Below, piece by piece: positions 10,075-19,615 of a DNA stretch of 64,000 nucleotides; position 1 is the first letter of the stretch; each line of letters begins with the position of its first letter. The stretch comes from Myxococcota bacterium. Lineage in GTDB: Bacteria; Myxococcota_A; Polyangia; Polyangiales; Sandaracinaceae. The stretch covers positions 13,322 through 77,321 of the forward strand of contig JAYZQJ010000019.1 in NCBI GenBank assembly GCA_036149055.1. Direction: 5' to 3'. Below the pieces are notes generated by a model that ran no database searches, was not told the origin of the DNA, and was given only the letters and a program-made list of their open reading frames with translations. A program made the translations under genes and the position numbers.

Positions 10075-11466
10075 ATGATGCGCTGGCTTCTGTTCGTGAC
10101 GCTGTTCTGGGCCGCGCCCGCCTTCGCGCAGGGCGAGGTGGACGTGGACGCCGACGTCGAGACTGACGCCGACGGCTCCGAGGTTTTGGCCGAGGCCGAG
10201 ACCGGAGCCGACGCCGAGACCGAAGCCGAGGCCGAGACCGAGACCGAGACCGAGGCCGAGACGGAGGCCGAGACCGAGACCGGAGCCCAGACCGAGGCGG
10301 TCGCCGCGGAGGCCGAGGTCGTGGCGGCGCCGGGGGCGTCGACCGCGCCGACGTGCGCGGAGGCGGCGTACGCGCGGGCCGCGTCGGCGGTGGTCCGGGT
10401 CCGGGCCGGGACGCAGTGGGGAGCGGGCTTCGTCTATCACTCGCCGCGCCACGTGGTCACCGCGTTCAGCCTGCTCGGGCTCGGGCGGGGCGCCACGGTG
10501 GTCACCCGGGACGGGACCGAGATCGGGACGCGCCTGCTCGCGCGCGACGAGGACTACGACCTCGCGGTGCTCGAGCTCGACGCGCCGGTGGAGGACGTCG
10601 AGCCGCTCGGGCCGGCGCCGGAGACCAGCGCGCGCCGGGGCGCGACCGTGGTGGCGCTCGGGCACCCGTTCGCCCAGGTGAGCCAGCTGCTCGGGGAGCG
10701 CGGCGCGGGGCTGCTGCGCTGGTCGACCTCCACCGGCACGGTGGGCGCCGCCAACGACGTCGGGCTGCAGGCCGACGTCGCGCTCACCGAGGGGCACGCC
10801 GGCGCGCCGCTGCTCGACTGCGAGGGCCGCGTGCTCGGCATGATCACCGGGGCCGGGCTCGTCAGCGCCGACCTCGGGCTGGTCGCGCGGATCGGGCAGG
10901 CCGACACGCTCATCGCCGGGAGCGGAGAGGCCGGCGACTTCCTCGGCGACCTCCAGCTCCGCTTCGGAATCGGCGCCGCGCTGCTCATCGACGAGGACGG
11001 CCGCGTCGCGGGCGGCGGCTACCTCACCCTCGGCGCCACCCTCTTCGACCGGATCAGCTGGATGAACCGCGTCGGCTTCTTCAGCGGCGGCATCGACGAC
11101 CCGATGGGCGACGTGCTCGACCACTCGCGGGAGCTCATCCGCGTCGAGACCATGCTCGGCTACCGCTTCTTCGTCGACGTGGGCGGCTTCTTCACCTTCT
11201 ACGTCGTGCCGAGCGGCGGCGTGTCGATCATGAACGAGCGCCTGGGCGAGCGGCGGGTCTCGGTCACCCCGATGTGCACGCCCAGCGACACCGAGAGCTG
11301 CATCTCCATCCAGGAGACGAGCATGGATCGCTGGATCGTGCGCCCGGCCGCGTCGCTCAGCTTCCTGCTCGGCGGCAACTTCGAGCTCGGCTACACGATC
11401 GAGATCGGACTGGACACCGACCCGGTCCGCACGCACCACGTGGTCCGGGCCGGCTTCCTCTTCTGA
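10075..11466 (+). CDS. Secreted trypsin-like (S1) protease homologue, apparently inactive, with C-terminal beta-rich domain
   Basis: Signal peptide, EAET repeats, AVVRV..GAGF..VVTA..DYDLAVLEL..GHAGAPLLD..GRVLGM; GGAG RBS upstream. Confidence 0.75.
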   Translation: MMRWLLFVTLFWAAPAFAQGEVDVDADVETDADGSEVLAEAETGADAETEAEAETETETEAETEAETETGAQTEAVAAEAEVVAAPGASTAPTCAEAAYARAASAVVRVRAGTQWGAGFVYHSPRHVVTAFSLLGLGRGATVVTRDGTEIGTRLLARDEDYDLAVLELDAPVEDVEPLGPAPETSARRGATVVALGHPFAQVSQLLGERGAGLLRWSTSTGTVGAANDVGLQADVALTEGHAGAPLLDCEGRVLGMITGAGLVSADLGLVARIGQADTLIAGSGEAGDFLGDLQLRFGIGAALLIDEDGRVAGGGYLTLGATLFDRISWMNRVGFFSGGIDDPMGDVLDHSRELIRVETMLGYRFFVDVGGFFTFYVVPSGGVSIMNERLGERRVSVTPMCTPSDTESCISIQETSMDRWIVRPAASLSFLLGGNFELGYTIEIGLDTDPVRTHHVVRAGFLF

Positions 11467-12810
11467 TCACTCCACGAGCGAGCGCGGGACCGGCATGAGG
11501 TTCCAGGTCATGCGGCTGCGCGCGTTCTCGCGGGAGTGGATGACCTCGCGGCGCGGGCGGCCGTTCACCCAGACGTAGCGCCGGAGCTCGCCCTGCTCGT
11601 CGGCCGCGACGTAGAGCTCGGACTGGCCGTCGTCGTCGAGGTCGGCCACGAGCGACGCGTGCTCGAAGCCGCCGGAGTTGCGGTCGATGTTCTCGGTCGC
11701 CCACTCGGCGCGCGGGTCGCGGCCGGGGCGAAGCAGCCAGAGGCCGCTCGAGAACGCGGCCGCGACCATCTCGCGCTTCCCGTCTCCGTCGAGGTCGCCG
11801 ACGGTGAGGAAGCGGGTGAGGCGGTCGGGGATGGTGGCGATGACCACGCCCTCGGTGGGCGCGGTGTCGTGGTCGTAGCGCCGGATCTCGACCGGCTCCG
11901 CGATCTGCACGTTCTGCCCCTGGCCGGTGGTCCGCGCCTCGACGGCCACGTAGAGCTCGTCGCGGCCGTCGCCGTCCACGTCGCCGACCCAGATCTCCTT
12001 GGCGTGGCGGTTGCCGAGGTCGGCCACCACCGTCGGGCCGCCGCCCCCGTTCGGCACGTAGCGCACGACCTGGCCGCTCTGCTCGCCGCCGTCGAGATCG
12101 TTGGGCTCGCTCGGCGTGGCGTAGACCTCGAGGGTCCCGTCGCCGTTCAGGTCGCCGATCTCGACCTCGTGGATCCAGGTGTTCGGGGTCCGGCTGAGCT
12201 CGGTCACGCCGAAGCCGCCGCCCTCCTGCGGGCGGATGATCGAGAGCACGCCCATGTCATGGGTGCCGACCGCGATCGCGGGGCGGCCGTCGCCGTAGAG
12301 ATCGGCCACCTCGGCGTCGCGCATCCGGTTGCGGGTGCCGCCGAACTCCGCCTCCCAGAGGGTCTCGCTCGACCACTCGCCGCCCGAGCGCCGCCACAGC
12401 TTCACCGCCGCGGCGGTGCCGCCGAGGGTGACGATCCCGGGCGCCGCCCCGGGGGGCTCGTACACGAAGGCCTTGTGGAAGACGTTGCTCGCCGGGTCCT
12501 CGACCGCCTCGACGTGCCACTCGCCGCCGCTCCGGGTGAGGATCTCCATGCGCGCGGCGCCCGGCACGGGGCCGTTCGGGCCGCTGTCGAACTGCGAGTA
12601 GACGAGCAGGAGGCCGTTCGGCAGCGCGTCGGGGAGCGCGGCGGTCTGCGCCGGTCGCGGCGCCTCGGTCTCCGTCTCGGTCTCCGCCTCGGCTTCGGGG
12701 GCCTCGGGGGTCTCGGCCGTCGGGGTCTCGGTGGAGGTCTCCTCGTCGTCGTCGCCGCAGCCGGCGAGCGGGAGCCCGAGGAGCGCCAGGATGCACAACC
12801 ATCGCGTCAT
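11467..12810 (-). CDS. FG-GAP/VCBS repeat lipoprotein
   Basis: Lipobox LAGC; repeated GDLNGDG, GDVDGDG, GDLDGDG, ADLDDDG. Confidence 0.8.
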   Translation of the reverse strand: MTRWLCILALLGLPLAGCGDDDEETSTETPTAETPEAPEAEAETETETEAPRPAQTAALPDALPNGLLLVYSQFDSGPNGPVPGAARMEILTRSGGEWHVEAVEDPASNVFHKAFVYEPPGAAPGIVTLGGTAAAVKLWRRSGGEWSSETLWEAEFGGTRNRMRDAEVADLYGDGRPAIAVGTHDMGVLSIIRPQEGGGFGVTELSRTPNTWIHEVEIGDLNGDGTLEVYATPSEPNDLDGGEQSGQVVRYVPNGGGGPTVVADLGNRHAKEIWVGDVDGDGRDELYVAVEARTTGQGQNVQIAEPVEIRRYDHDTAPTEGVVIATIPDRLTRFLTVGDLDGDGKREMVAAAFSSGLWLLRPGRDPRAEWATENIDRNSGGFEHASLVADLDDDGQSELYVAADEQGELRRYVWVNGRPRREVIHSRENARSRMTWNLMPVPRSLVE

Positions 12811-12857
12811 GCCCCGGCTCTATCAGCCGCGGATCGGGCGGGCAAATACCCGTCGCG

Positions 12858-13334
12858 TCAGATCGAGCGGTAGACCTGGACCGCGAACGGGCCCGAGCCC
12901 GAGACCACCCGCGCCTCGATCCGGAAGGTGCCGGACTGGCCCGGACAGATGGGCCGCATCTGCCCGAGATACGGCTGCGGGTCGCGCGTGGTGTCCCGCT
13001 GGATCAGCACCTGGTTGGGATCGTAGACCCGCAAGTCGAGATCCGTGATGCCCTCGTCGCCCAGGCCGATGACCTTGTAGCACCAGCCGGGATGCATCGC
13101 GTGGCTGAAGTCGCGGGCGCCGCCCTCCTCGGCCTCGCCGCGGAGCGCCTCGCCGTCGCGGATCATCCAGGGCGCGACCTCCGCGCCGCGCTCTCGGAGC
13201 CGCGCCTCGAGCGCGTCCGCCGGCGGCGTCTCCGGCTCCTGCGGCACGTCGTCGTCCGGCGGCGCCTCCCCCACGATCGCGTCACACCCGCCGAGGAGCA
13301 GGCCGAGGACGAGGATCAGGCGAGAGGCGCGCAT
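12858..13334 (-). CDS. Hypothetical lipoprotein (PPC-like fold)
   Basis: Lipobox LGGC; CY..IG....DLDLRVYDP motif. Confidence 0.7.
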   Translation of the reverse strand: MRASRLILVLGLLLGGCDAIVGEAPPDDDVPQEPETPPADALEARLRERGAEVAPWMIRDGEALRGEAEEGGARDFSHAMHPGWCYKVIGLGDEGITDLDLRVYDPNQVLIQRDTTRDPQPYLGQMRPICPGQSGTFRIEARVVSGSGPFAVQVYRSI

Positions 13335-13360
13335 CGGGCTGGGTGTAGCGCGGCGGGCCG

Positions 13361-13401
13361 AGAAACGAAAGAAGCCGCCACGGTCCGACCGCGGCGGCTC
13401 C
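13361..13401 (-). terminator. Probable intrinsic terminator after the RCC1-repeat gene
   Basis: Minus strand GAGCCGCCGCGGTCGGACCGTGGCGGCTTC hairpin followed by TTTCGTTT, 20 nt after the stop at 13422. Confidence 0.7.
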
Positions 13402-13421
13402 TCGAGGTTCCCCGGGCCCGG

Positions 13422-14888
13422 TCAGGGCGCGGTGGACGTGCCCATGACCATCACCGGCTCGAACCGGTTCATGCGGCTTCCGTCGCCGAGCTGCTTGTTG
13501 TTGTTGTTGCCCCAGCACCAGACGCTGCCGTCCCCACCGCGGGTCACGCAGGTGAAGGACGCGCGGGCGGCGATGAAGGTCGCGTCGTCGATGCCGCTGA
13601 CGGTCACCGGGGTGGCCGAGCAGTCGACGTTCTCGCTGTCGAGCATGCAGTTGGTGCCGTGCGACTCGAGCCCGTCGCCGAGCTGACCGTCGCGGTTGAG
13701 ACCCCAGCAGGCCACGGTGCCGTCGTCGCGCAGGGCGCAGCTGTGGTTGGAGCCGGTGGCGATCATGACCGCGTCGTCCACCCCCGCGACCGCGGTCGGC
13801 GCGGGCACGTTGTCCGCGTCGGCCTGGCCGGCCTGACGGCCGCGGTTCTCGCCCCAGCAGACCACCTGGCCGGGGCCGCCGGTGCCCTGGACCGCGCAGA
13901 CGTGCTGGCTGCCGAGGTCGAGGTCGCTGGTCGCGCCGAGCGGGCTGACGCCGCCCACCACGACCGGGGTGTCGGAGCAGTCCCACATCTCGGTCGTGTC
14001 CACCACGCAGGTGTCGTGGGCGACCGGGCGGCCCATGTCGTCCACGTCACCGAGCTGACCGCGCTGGTTGCGGCCCCAGCAGTAGACCTCGTCCGCGGTG
14101 CGGGCGCAGCTGAAGCTGAAGCCGCTGGTCACGATCTCCTCGACGCCGGTGATCTGGCCGGTGCCGTCGGGCGTGAGGACCTGGACCGGGGTGATCTCGA
14201 TCTCCGGGCGGCTGCCGTGGCCGAGCTGGCCGCGGGCGCCGTTGCCCGCGCAGAACGCCGCGTTGGTGGCGCCCGCCGCGTAGCAGAGGTGGCCGTCGCC
14301 GACCGCGATGCTGGTGATGCCGTCGATGGTCGGGAAGTCGCGCTCCGCGACCTCGCGGATGTCCGGGATACCGCCGATGACGTCCGGGATCGTCTCGCGA
14401 CCCCAGCACCAGAGCTCGCCGCCCGGGCGCACCGCGCAGCTCCCGCCGAAGCCGCGGATGCTGAGCAGCTCGGCGTCGTCGAGGAGCGGACGGCCGCTGC
14501 CGCTGTCGTAGCGGGTCGCGCTCGGGATGCCGGTGCAGTCCTCGGGCTCGGAGCCGACCTCGGCGCAGTTCTCGTGGCGGGTCCGGCCGTCGCCGAGCTG
14601 CGACTCCTGGTTGCGGCCCCAGCAGTAGACCTGCCCGTTGGCCTGGCGGCCGCAGGTGTGGAGCACGCCGAGCGCGACCTCGACGTACTCGCAGTCGATG
14701 CACTCCTCGACCCCGGAGTCGGTCACGACGCCCGAGTCCTCCGGCTCCACGCCGGTGTCGCGATCCACCCCGGTGTCGGCGGTCATGCTGCCGCTGTCGC
14801 CGGCGTCCGGGTCCCCGTTTCCATCACCGCACCCGTTGAGGAGCAGCGCCGCGAGCGCGGTCCAGACCAAGAAAGCGTTCGAATTCAT
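13422..14888 (-). CDS. RCC1-repeat lipoprotein
   Basis: Lipobox LNGC; repeated HxC....G.VxCWGxN..GQLGDG. Confidence 0.88.
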   Translation of the reverse strand: MNSNAFLVWTALAALLLNGCGDGNGDPDAGDSGSMTADTGVDRDTGVEPEDSGVVTDSGVEECIDCEYVEVALGVLHTCGRQANGQVYCWGRNQESQLGDGRTRHENCAEVGSEPEDCTGIPSATRYDSGSGRPLLDDAELLSIRGFGGSCAVRPGGELWCWGRETIPDVIGGIPDIREVAERDFPTIDGITSIAVGDGHLCYAAGATNAAFCAGNGARGQLGHGSRPEIEITPVQVLTPDGTGQITGVEEIVTSGFSFSCARTADEVYCWGRNQRGQLGDVDDMGRPVAHDTCVVDTTEMWDCSDTPVVVGGVSPLGATSDLDLGSQHVCAVQGTGGPGQVVCWGENRGRQAGQADADNVPAPTAVAGVDDAVMIATGSNHSCALRDDGTVACWGLNRDGQLGDGLESHGTNCMLDSENVDCSATPVTVSGIDDATFIAARASFTCVTRGGDGSVWCWGNNNNKQLGDGSRMNRFEPVMVMGTSTAP

Positions 14889-14956
14889 CTCGTCCCCTAG
14901 CTCTGCCGAGCCCACCGCTTCGGCGTGCGGGAAACTAGTAGAAGGCCCGTCGGCGT

Positions 14957-16315
14957 TCAACGGGCAGGCGCAGGCGCCACCAGCACGAGCACCTCGCCGG
15001 CCCGGGCCGCCCCACCCTCGGAGAATGTGTCCACGGTGATCACCCAGGTCCCGGGCTCGAGGCGGCGCTCGATCTCCCGATCGGCCCGCTCCACGCAGGC
15101 GTCGCCGCTCGCCCGCTCGCGCAGGAGGTGCACGTCGACGTCGGTGTCACCCCGCCCGACCGCGAGGATCCGCACGTCGAGGGGCGCCTCCAGCCGGAAC
15201 CGGTAGACCAGCTCGCGGCCGGATTCGTCCTGCGGAGCCTCACACCCCGGGTAGGCGTCGATGGCGCTCGAGCCCTCGGAGCGGGTGTCGCGGAGCTCGG
15301 CGAACGGGAGCCTGCGCAGCTCCCAGGGGGCCTGCGCGGTGCCGCGCCCCTCGGCCGCCGGCGGGGCCGGGTCGAGCGCCGCCTCTCCGTCGAGCACCGT
15401 GCGGCGCAGGGCGTCGAGACCCCGGAGCGCGAGCAGGTTCCGGGCGTTGTGGCCGTGCTGCAGCCCCTGCGCGTCGAAGCGGCACGCGAGCCCGCGGCTG
15501 CCCTCGATGAAGATGTTCGGGTGCACGCCGTCCCCGGCCAGGCCGCGGCGCGGGAGGCCCTCCATCACCTGGTGGTAGTCGAGGTAGGGGAGCGCCATCG
15601 CCTCGGCGATCGCCCAGCTCACCTGGTTGTAGCGGGCGACCCAGCGGTCCGCGTCGTCGTCGTCGTCGCGAGGCGGGATGGAGTTGAGGATCGGGATGAC
15701 GCCGTTGTCTCCGAGCATCTCGGCGATGCGCATCATCCGGGTCGCGTAGACGTAGTCGTCGCGCCCCTCGACGTCGTTGCCGCCGTTCATGACGAAGGCG
15801 AACCGCGGCCGGATGGCGCGCACCTCGGCGAGCACCGGCGGCGGGTTGCCGCTGAGCACGTGCCGGGCGCTCCAGCCCTCGTGCGCCGCGCGGCTCTGGC
15901 GCCGGAAGGAGTCGCGGCCGCCGGCGTGGCGGTTGCGGAAGTGCTCGATGGTGGCCGCGAGCGAGGCGTGCGCCCCGAGCTGGACCTCCTCGGGGTCCGC
16001 GAAGCAGCGGAGGAAGCCGCGGCTCACCGTGCTCGAGTCGCCGACCTTCATGAAGACGTCGTCCTGGCGCCGGTCGCTGCGCCCCCGGATCCCCCGCAGG
16101 TTCTCGACCACCCGCGGCGTGAACGGGGAGAGCTCGGGCACCGGGCGCACCCGGAGCGCGGGCGGCGCGGGGGCCTCGGTGGGGGCGGCGCGCTCGGTGG
16201 CCGGGGCGCTGGCGCGGGCGGGCGGCGCGGCCTGCCGCTCCTGGGGCTGGGCGGGGCTGCTGCAGCAGAGGAGGGCCACCACCAGCGCGGCCGACGCGGA
16301 TCGCTCGAACGTCAC
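14957..16315 (-). CDS. SGNH/GDSL hydrolase family secreted protein with C-terminal PPC-like domain
   Basis: VGDSST block I, GGND block III, DGVHPN block V. Confidence 0.8.
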   Translation of the reverse strand: MTFERSASAALVVALLCCSSPAQPQERQAAPPARASAPATERAAPTEAPAPPALRVRPVPELSPFTPRVVENLRGIRGRSDRRQDDVFMKVGDSSTVSRGFLRCFADPEEVQLGAHASLAATIEHFRNRHAGGRDSFRRQSRAAHEGWSARHVLSGNPPPVLAEVRAIRPRFAFVMNGGNDVEGRDDYVYATRMMRIAEMLGDNGVIPILNSIPPRDDDDDADRWVARYNQVSWAIAEAMALPYLDYHQVMEGLPRRGLAGDGVHPNIFIEGSRGLACRFDAQGLQHGHNARNLLALRGLDALRRTVLDGEAALDPAPPAAEGRGTAQAPWELRRLPFAELRDTRSEGSSAIDAYPGCEAPQDESGRELVYRFRLEAPLDVRILAVGRGDTDVDVHLLRERASGDACVERADREIERRLEPGTWVITVDTFSEGGAARAGEVLVLVAPAPAR

Positions 16316-16374
16316 GACCGGATGGGCTAGCAGATCCTGGCGGCCGGCTCACCCCGAGGCCATGGTCGGGCGCG

Positions 16375-17055
16375 ATGAAGCGGAGCGAGAAAGCCGCGCG
16401 CGTCCAGCGCATCCTCGACGAGCTCTACCCCGAGGTCCCCATCCCGCTGGACCACGAGAGCGAGTTCCAGCTGCTCGTGGCGGTGCTGTTGAGCGCCCAG
16501 ACCACCGACAAGAAGGTCAACGAGGTCACCCCGGCGCTCTTCGCCGAGGGCCCGACCGCCGAGGCGATGGCCCGCATGAGTCGTGAGCGGATCCTCACGC
16601 TCATCCGGCAGCTCGGCCTCGCGCCGCAGAAGGCCAAGGCGCTCGAGGGCCTCTCAGCGAAGCTGATCCGGGAGCACGGCGGCGCCGTCCCGCGCACCTT
16701 CGAGGCCCTCGAGGCGCTGCCGGGCGTGGGTCACAAGACGGCGAGCGTGGTGATGGCCCAGGCCTTCGGGGTGCCGGCCTTCCCGGTCGACACCCACATC
16801 CATCGGCTCGCGGCGCGCTGGGGCCTCAGCGACGGCTCGACCGTGGCCCGCACCGAGCGCGACCTGAAGCGAATCTTCCCCGAGACGCGATGGAACGATC
16901 TGCACCTGCAGATCATCTACTTCGGCCGCGAGCACTGCCCGGCCCTCCGCCACGACCTGACCGCCTGCCCGATCTGCAGCTGGGCGGCGACCAAGAAGCG
17001 CATCGCCGAGGAGGCCGCGGCCAATCGGCCCAAGCGCCGCTCGAGGACGCGCTAG
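16375..17055 (+). CDS. nth: Endonuclease III
   Basis: LLSAQTTD, HhH LPGVGHKTA, VDTHIHR, C-terminal Cys cluster. Confidence 0.93.
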   Translation: MKRSEKAARVQRILDELYPEVPIPLDHESEFQLLVAVLLSAQTTDKKVNEVTPALFAEGPTAEAMARMSRERILTLIRQLGLAPQKAKALEGLSAKLIREHGGAVPRTFEALEALPGVGHKTASVVMAQAFGVPAFPVDTHIHRLAARWGLSDGSTVARTERDLKRIFPETRWNDLHLQIIYFGREHCPALRHDLTACPICSWAATKKRIAEEAAANRPKRRSRTR

Positions 17056-17064
17056 CATCCGCGG

Positions 17065-19557
17065 GTGCTTCGCACCGTCACCCTCGCCCTCGCCCTCTGC
17101 AGCGCCGCGCCGCTCGGGACGCCCTCCCGAGCCGAGGCGCAGTGGGAGCGCGACACGTCGTCGATCGATCTGCCCGGCTACGGGGTCACGGCGCCCGACG
17201 TCGCCGAGGCGGTGGAGCTGAACCCGAGCGCCCTCCCGTTCCTGTCCTCGTGGGGGCTCGCCTACGTGCACTCCGACACCGCGGACGGCGGGCAGCGGCT
17301 GGGGAACGGCGACGGGTTCTACGCGGCGTCGCCGCTGCTCTTCGGGTTCGCGGCCGGGATGTCGGTGAGCTCGATCCGCCCCACCCTCGCCATCCCGGAG
17401 GACGCCGAGCGCACCATGATCTCGCTCGCGCTCGCCTGGGGCATGCAAGACGCCTTGAGCATCGGCGCCGCGCTCCGGATCCTCGCCTCGGGCGACGTGC
17501 GGTTCGACGGGGTGACCACCCTCGATCTGTCCGCGAGCTGGCGGCCGGTCGACTGGCTGGCGCTCACCTTCCTGGCGCGCGACGTGGTCGGGCCGCGGCT
17601 CGGCGGGACGCTCGAGAGCGTGCCGCGCTCGTTCTTGCTCGGCACCGCCATCCGCCCGTTCGGGAGCCGCGTCCTCACGCTGGACCTCGCCGGGGTCATC
17701 GACGACCGCGGTCGGATCGGCGCGCGCGCGGCGGCCGAGGCGACGGTGCCCTACGCCGGGCGGCTCATCGCGGCGGCCGAGCTGTCCCGGCTCGACGGGC
17801 CGGACCCGGACGTGCGCGTCACCGGGGGCCTGGCGGTGGACTGGGGTCAGGTCGGGGTCGGAGGCGGCGTGACCGTCGGTGACGGCTTCGAGGCGGCCCC
17901 GGGATGGTACGCCTCGGCGCGCCTCGAGGGCGCGGAGCGCGAGGGCCTCCCGCGCGGCGCCTACGTGGTCGACCTCGAGCTCGGCGGGGTCGGCTCGCGC
18001 GGCATCGTCTACGCCGTGCGCCGGCTCGAGCGCGCGCTGCACGACGAGCGGGTCGCGGGCGTCTACCTCCGGCCGCGCGGCAGCGGGATCGGGCTCGCGT
18101 ACGCGCAGGAGATCCGGCTGCTCGTCGCGCAGCTGCGCGAGGCCGGAAAGCCCGTGGTCTGCCACCTCGACGACGCCGCCGGGAGCGAGTGGTACGCCTG
18201 CGCGGGGGCCGACCGGATCCTGCTCGACCCGGCCGGGGGCGTGCGACTCACCGGCGTCTCGAGCGAGCTGATCCACTTCGGCGAGGTGCTCCGGAACCTC
18301 GGCGTGCGCGCCGACTTCGTCCGGATCGGCGCGTGGAAGGACGCGACCGAGCAGTTCATGAACGAGGGCCCGACGGGGCCGGCCCGCGCCCAGACGGAGG
18401 GGGTGCTCGACCTGGCCTACCGGCGCCTGGTGTTCGACGCGGCGGCGGACCGAGGCATGGACGAGGGCGACCTGCGCCGCTGGATCGATCGCGGGCCGCT
18501 CCTGCCGCGTCAGGCGATCGAGGCCGGCGTGGTGGACGCGCTGGCCGACGAGAACGAGCTGGACGCCGCCCTCCACGAGGCGTTCGGCGGCTCCTTCCCC
18601 CGGGAGTCGGGCGCGCCCTGGGAGGCGGCGGAGCGCTGGGGTCACCGCCCGCAGATCGGCGTCGTCGTGGTCGACGGGACGATGGTCGACGGCGAGAACG
18701 TCGACATCCCGCTGCTCGGGCTGCACTTCAGCGGCGGGCGCGCGGTCTCGCGGGCCATCGATCGCCTCGCCGCCGATCCCTCGGTGCGCGCCATCGTGGT
18801 CCGGGTCGACTCGGGCGGGGGCTCGGTCCTCGCCGCCGACCAGATCCACCGCGCCATCCTGCGGGCGCGACGGCGCAAGCCGGTGATCGCGTCGCTGGGC
18901 GCGGTGGCCGCGAGCGGCGGCTACTACATCGCGTCCGCCTGCCACGAGATCTGGGCCGACCCTTCGACGATCACCGGCTCGATCGGGATCTGGTTCGGCA
19001 AGGTCGACTTCGCGCCGCTCGGCGAGGAGATCGGGGTCGGCCTCGAGCAGGTCGGCCGGGGTCGGCACGCCGGCGCGACGTCGCTCTACCGCGCCTTCAC
19101 CCCCGAGGAGCGGCACGCGCTCTCCGCGAGCGTGCGGGAGTGGTACCGATCGTTCCTCCGGCGGGTGGCGCGGGGTCGCGGCATGACCGTCGCGGAGGTC
19201 GACGCGATCGGCCGCGGCCGGATCTGGATGGGCGATCAGGCGATCGACAACGGGCTCGTCGACCACCTCGGCGGGTTCGGCTCCGCGCTCGCGGCCGCGC
19301 GCCAGGCGGCGGGGGCGAGCCCCGAGATCGGCATCCGGATCGTGCCCGAGCGTCCGGCGACCCTGCTCGACTACGCGCTGAGCCTGCTCGGCCTCGGGGC
19401 CTCGCCGACCGACCCGGTCGCGCTCGAGTCGCAGGACGCGGCGCTCGCCCGCCTGGCGCCGGAGCTGCGCGCGACCGCGTCGGCGGCCGCGACCCTCCGC
19501 CTCCTCGGGAGCGGATCGGCGATGGCGCTCATGCCCCACGCGATCGTGCCGCGGTGA
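17065..19557 (+). CDS. sppA: Signal peptide peptidase SppA (tandem S49 domains) with extra N-terminal beta-rich domain
   Basis: RVDSGGGS, AASGGYYIA, TITGSIGI, GRIWMG..A...GLVD; Lys in GAWKDATE. Confidence 0.88.
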   Translation: MLRTVTLALALCSAAPLGTPSRAEAQWERDTSSIDLPGYGVTAPDVAEAVELNPSALPFLSSWGLAYVHSDTADGGQRLGNGDGFYAASPLLFGFAAGMSVSSIRPTLAIPEDAERTMISLALAWGMQDALSIGAALRILASGDVRFDGVTTLDLSASWRPVDWLALTFLARDVVGPRLGGTLESVPRSFLLGTAIRPFGSRVLTLDLAGVIDDRGRIGARAAAEATVPYAGRLIAAAELSRLDGPDPDVRVTGGLAVDWGQVGVGGGVTVGDGFEAAPGWYASARLEGAEREGLPRGAYVVDLELGGVGSRGIVYAVRRLERALHDERVAGVYLRPRGSGIGLAYAQEIRLLVAQLREAGKPVVCHLDDAAGSEWYACAGADRILLDPAGGVRLTGVSSELIHFGEVLRNLGVRADFVRIGAWKDATEQFMNEGPTGPARAQTEGVLDLAYRRLVFDAAADRGMDEGDLRRWIDRGPLLPRQAIEAGVVDALADENELDAALHEAFGGSFPRESGAPWEAAERWGHRPQIGVVVVDGTMVDGENVDIPLLGLHFSGGRAVSRAIDRLAADPSVRAIVVRVDSGGGSVLAADQIHRAILRARRRKPVIASLGAVAASGGYYIASACHEIWADPSTITGSIGIWFGKVDFAPLGEEIGVGLEQVGRGRHAGATSLYRAFTPEERHALSASVREWYRSFLRRVARGRGMTVAEVDAIGRGRIWMGDQAIDNGLVDHLGGFGSALAAARQAAGASPEIGIRIVPERPATLLDYALSLLGLGASPTDPVALESQDAALARLAPELRATASAAATLRLLGSGSAMALMPHAIVPR

Positions 19558-19615
19558 GGCACGCGTCGGTGCCAACGGGGTAGCGGAGAATCCACCGAGT
19601 CGGTAACGTCGCAGC

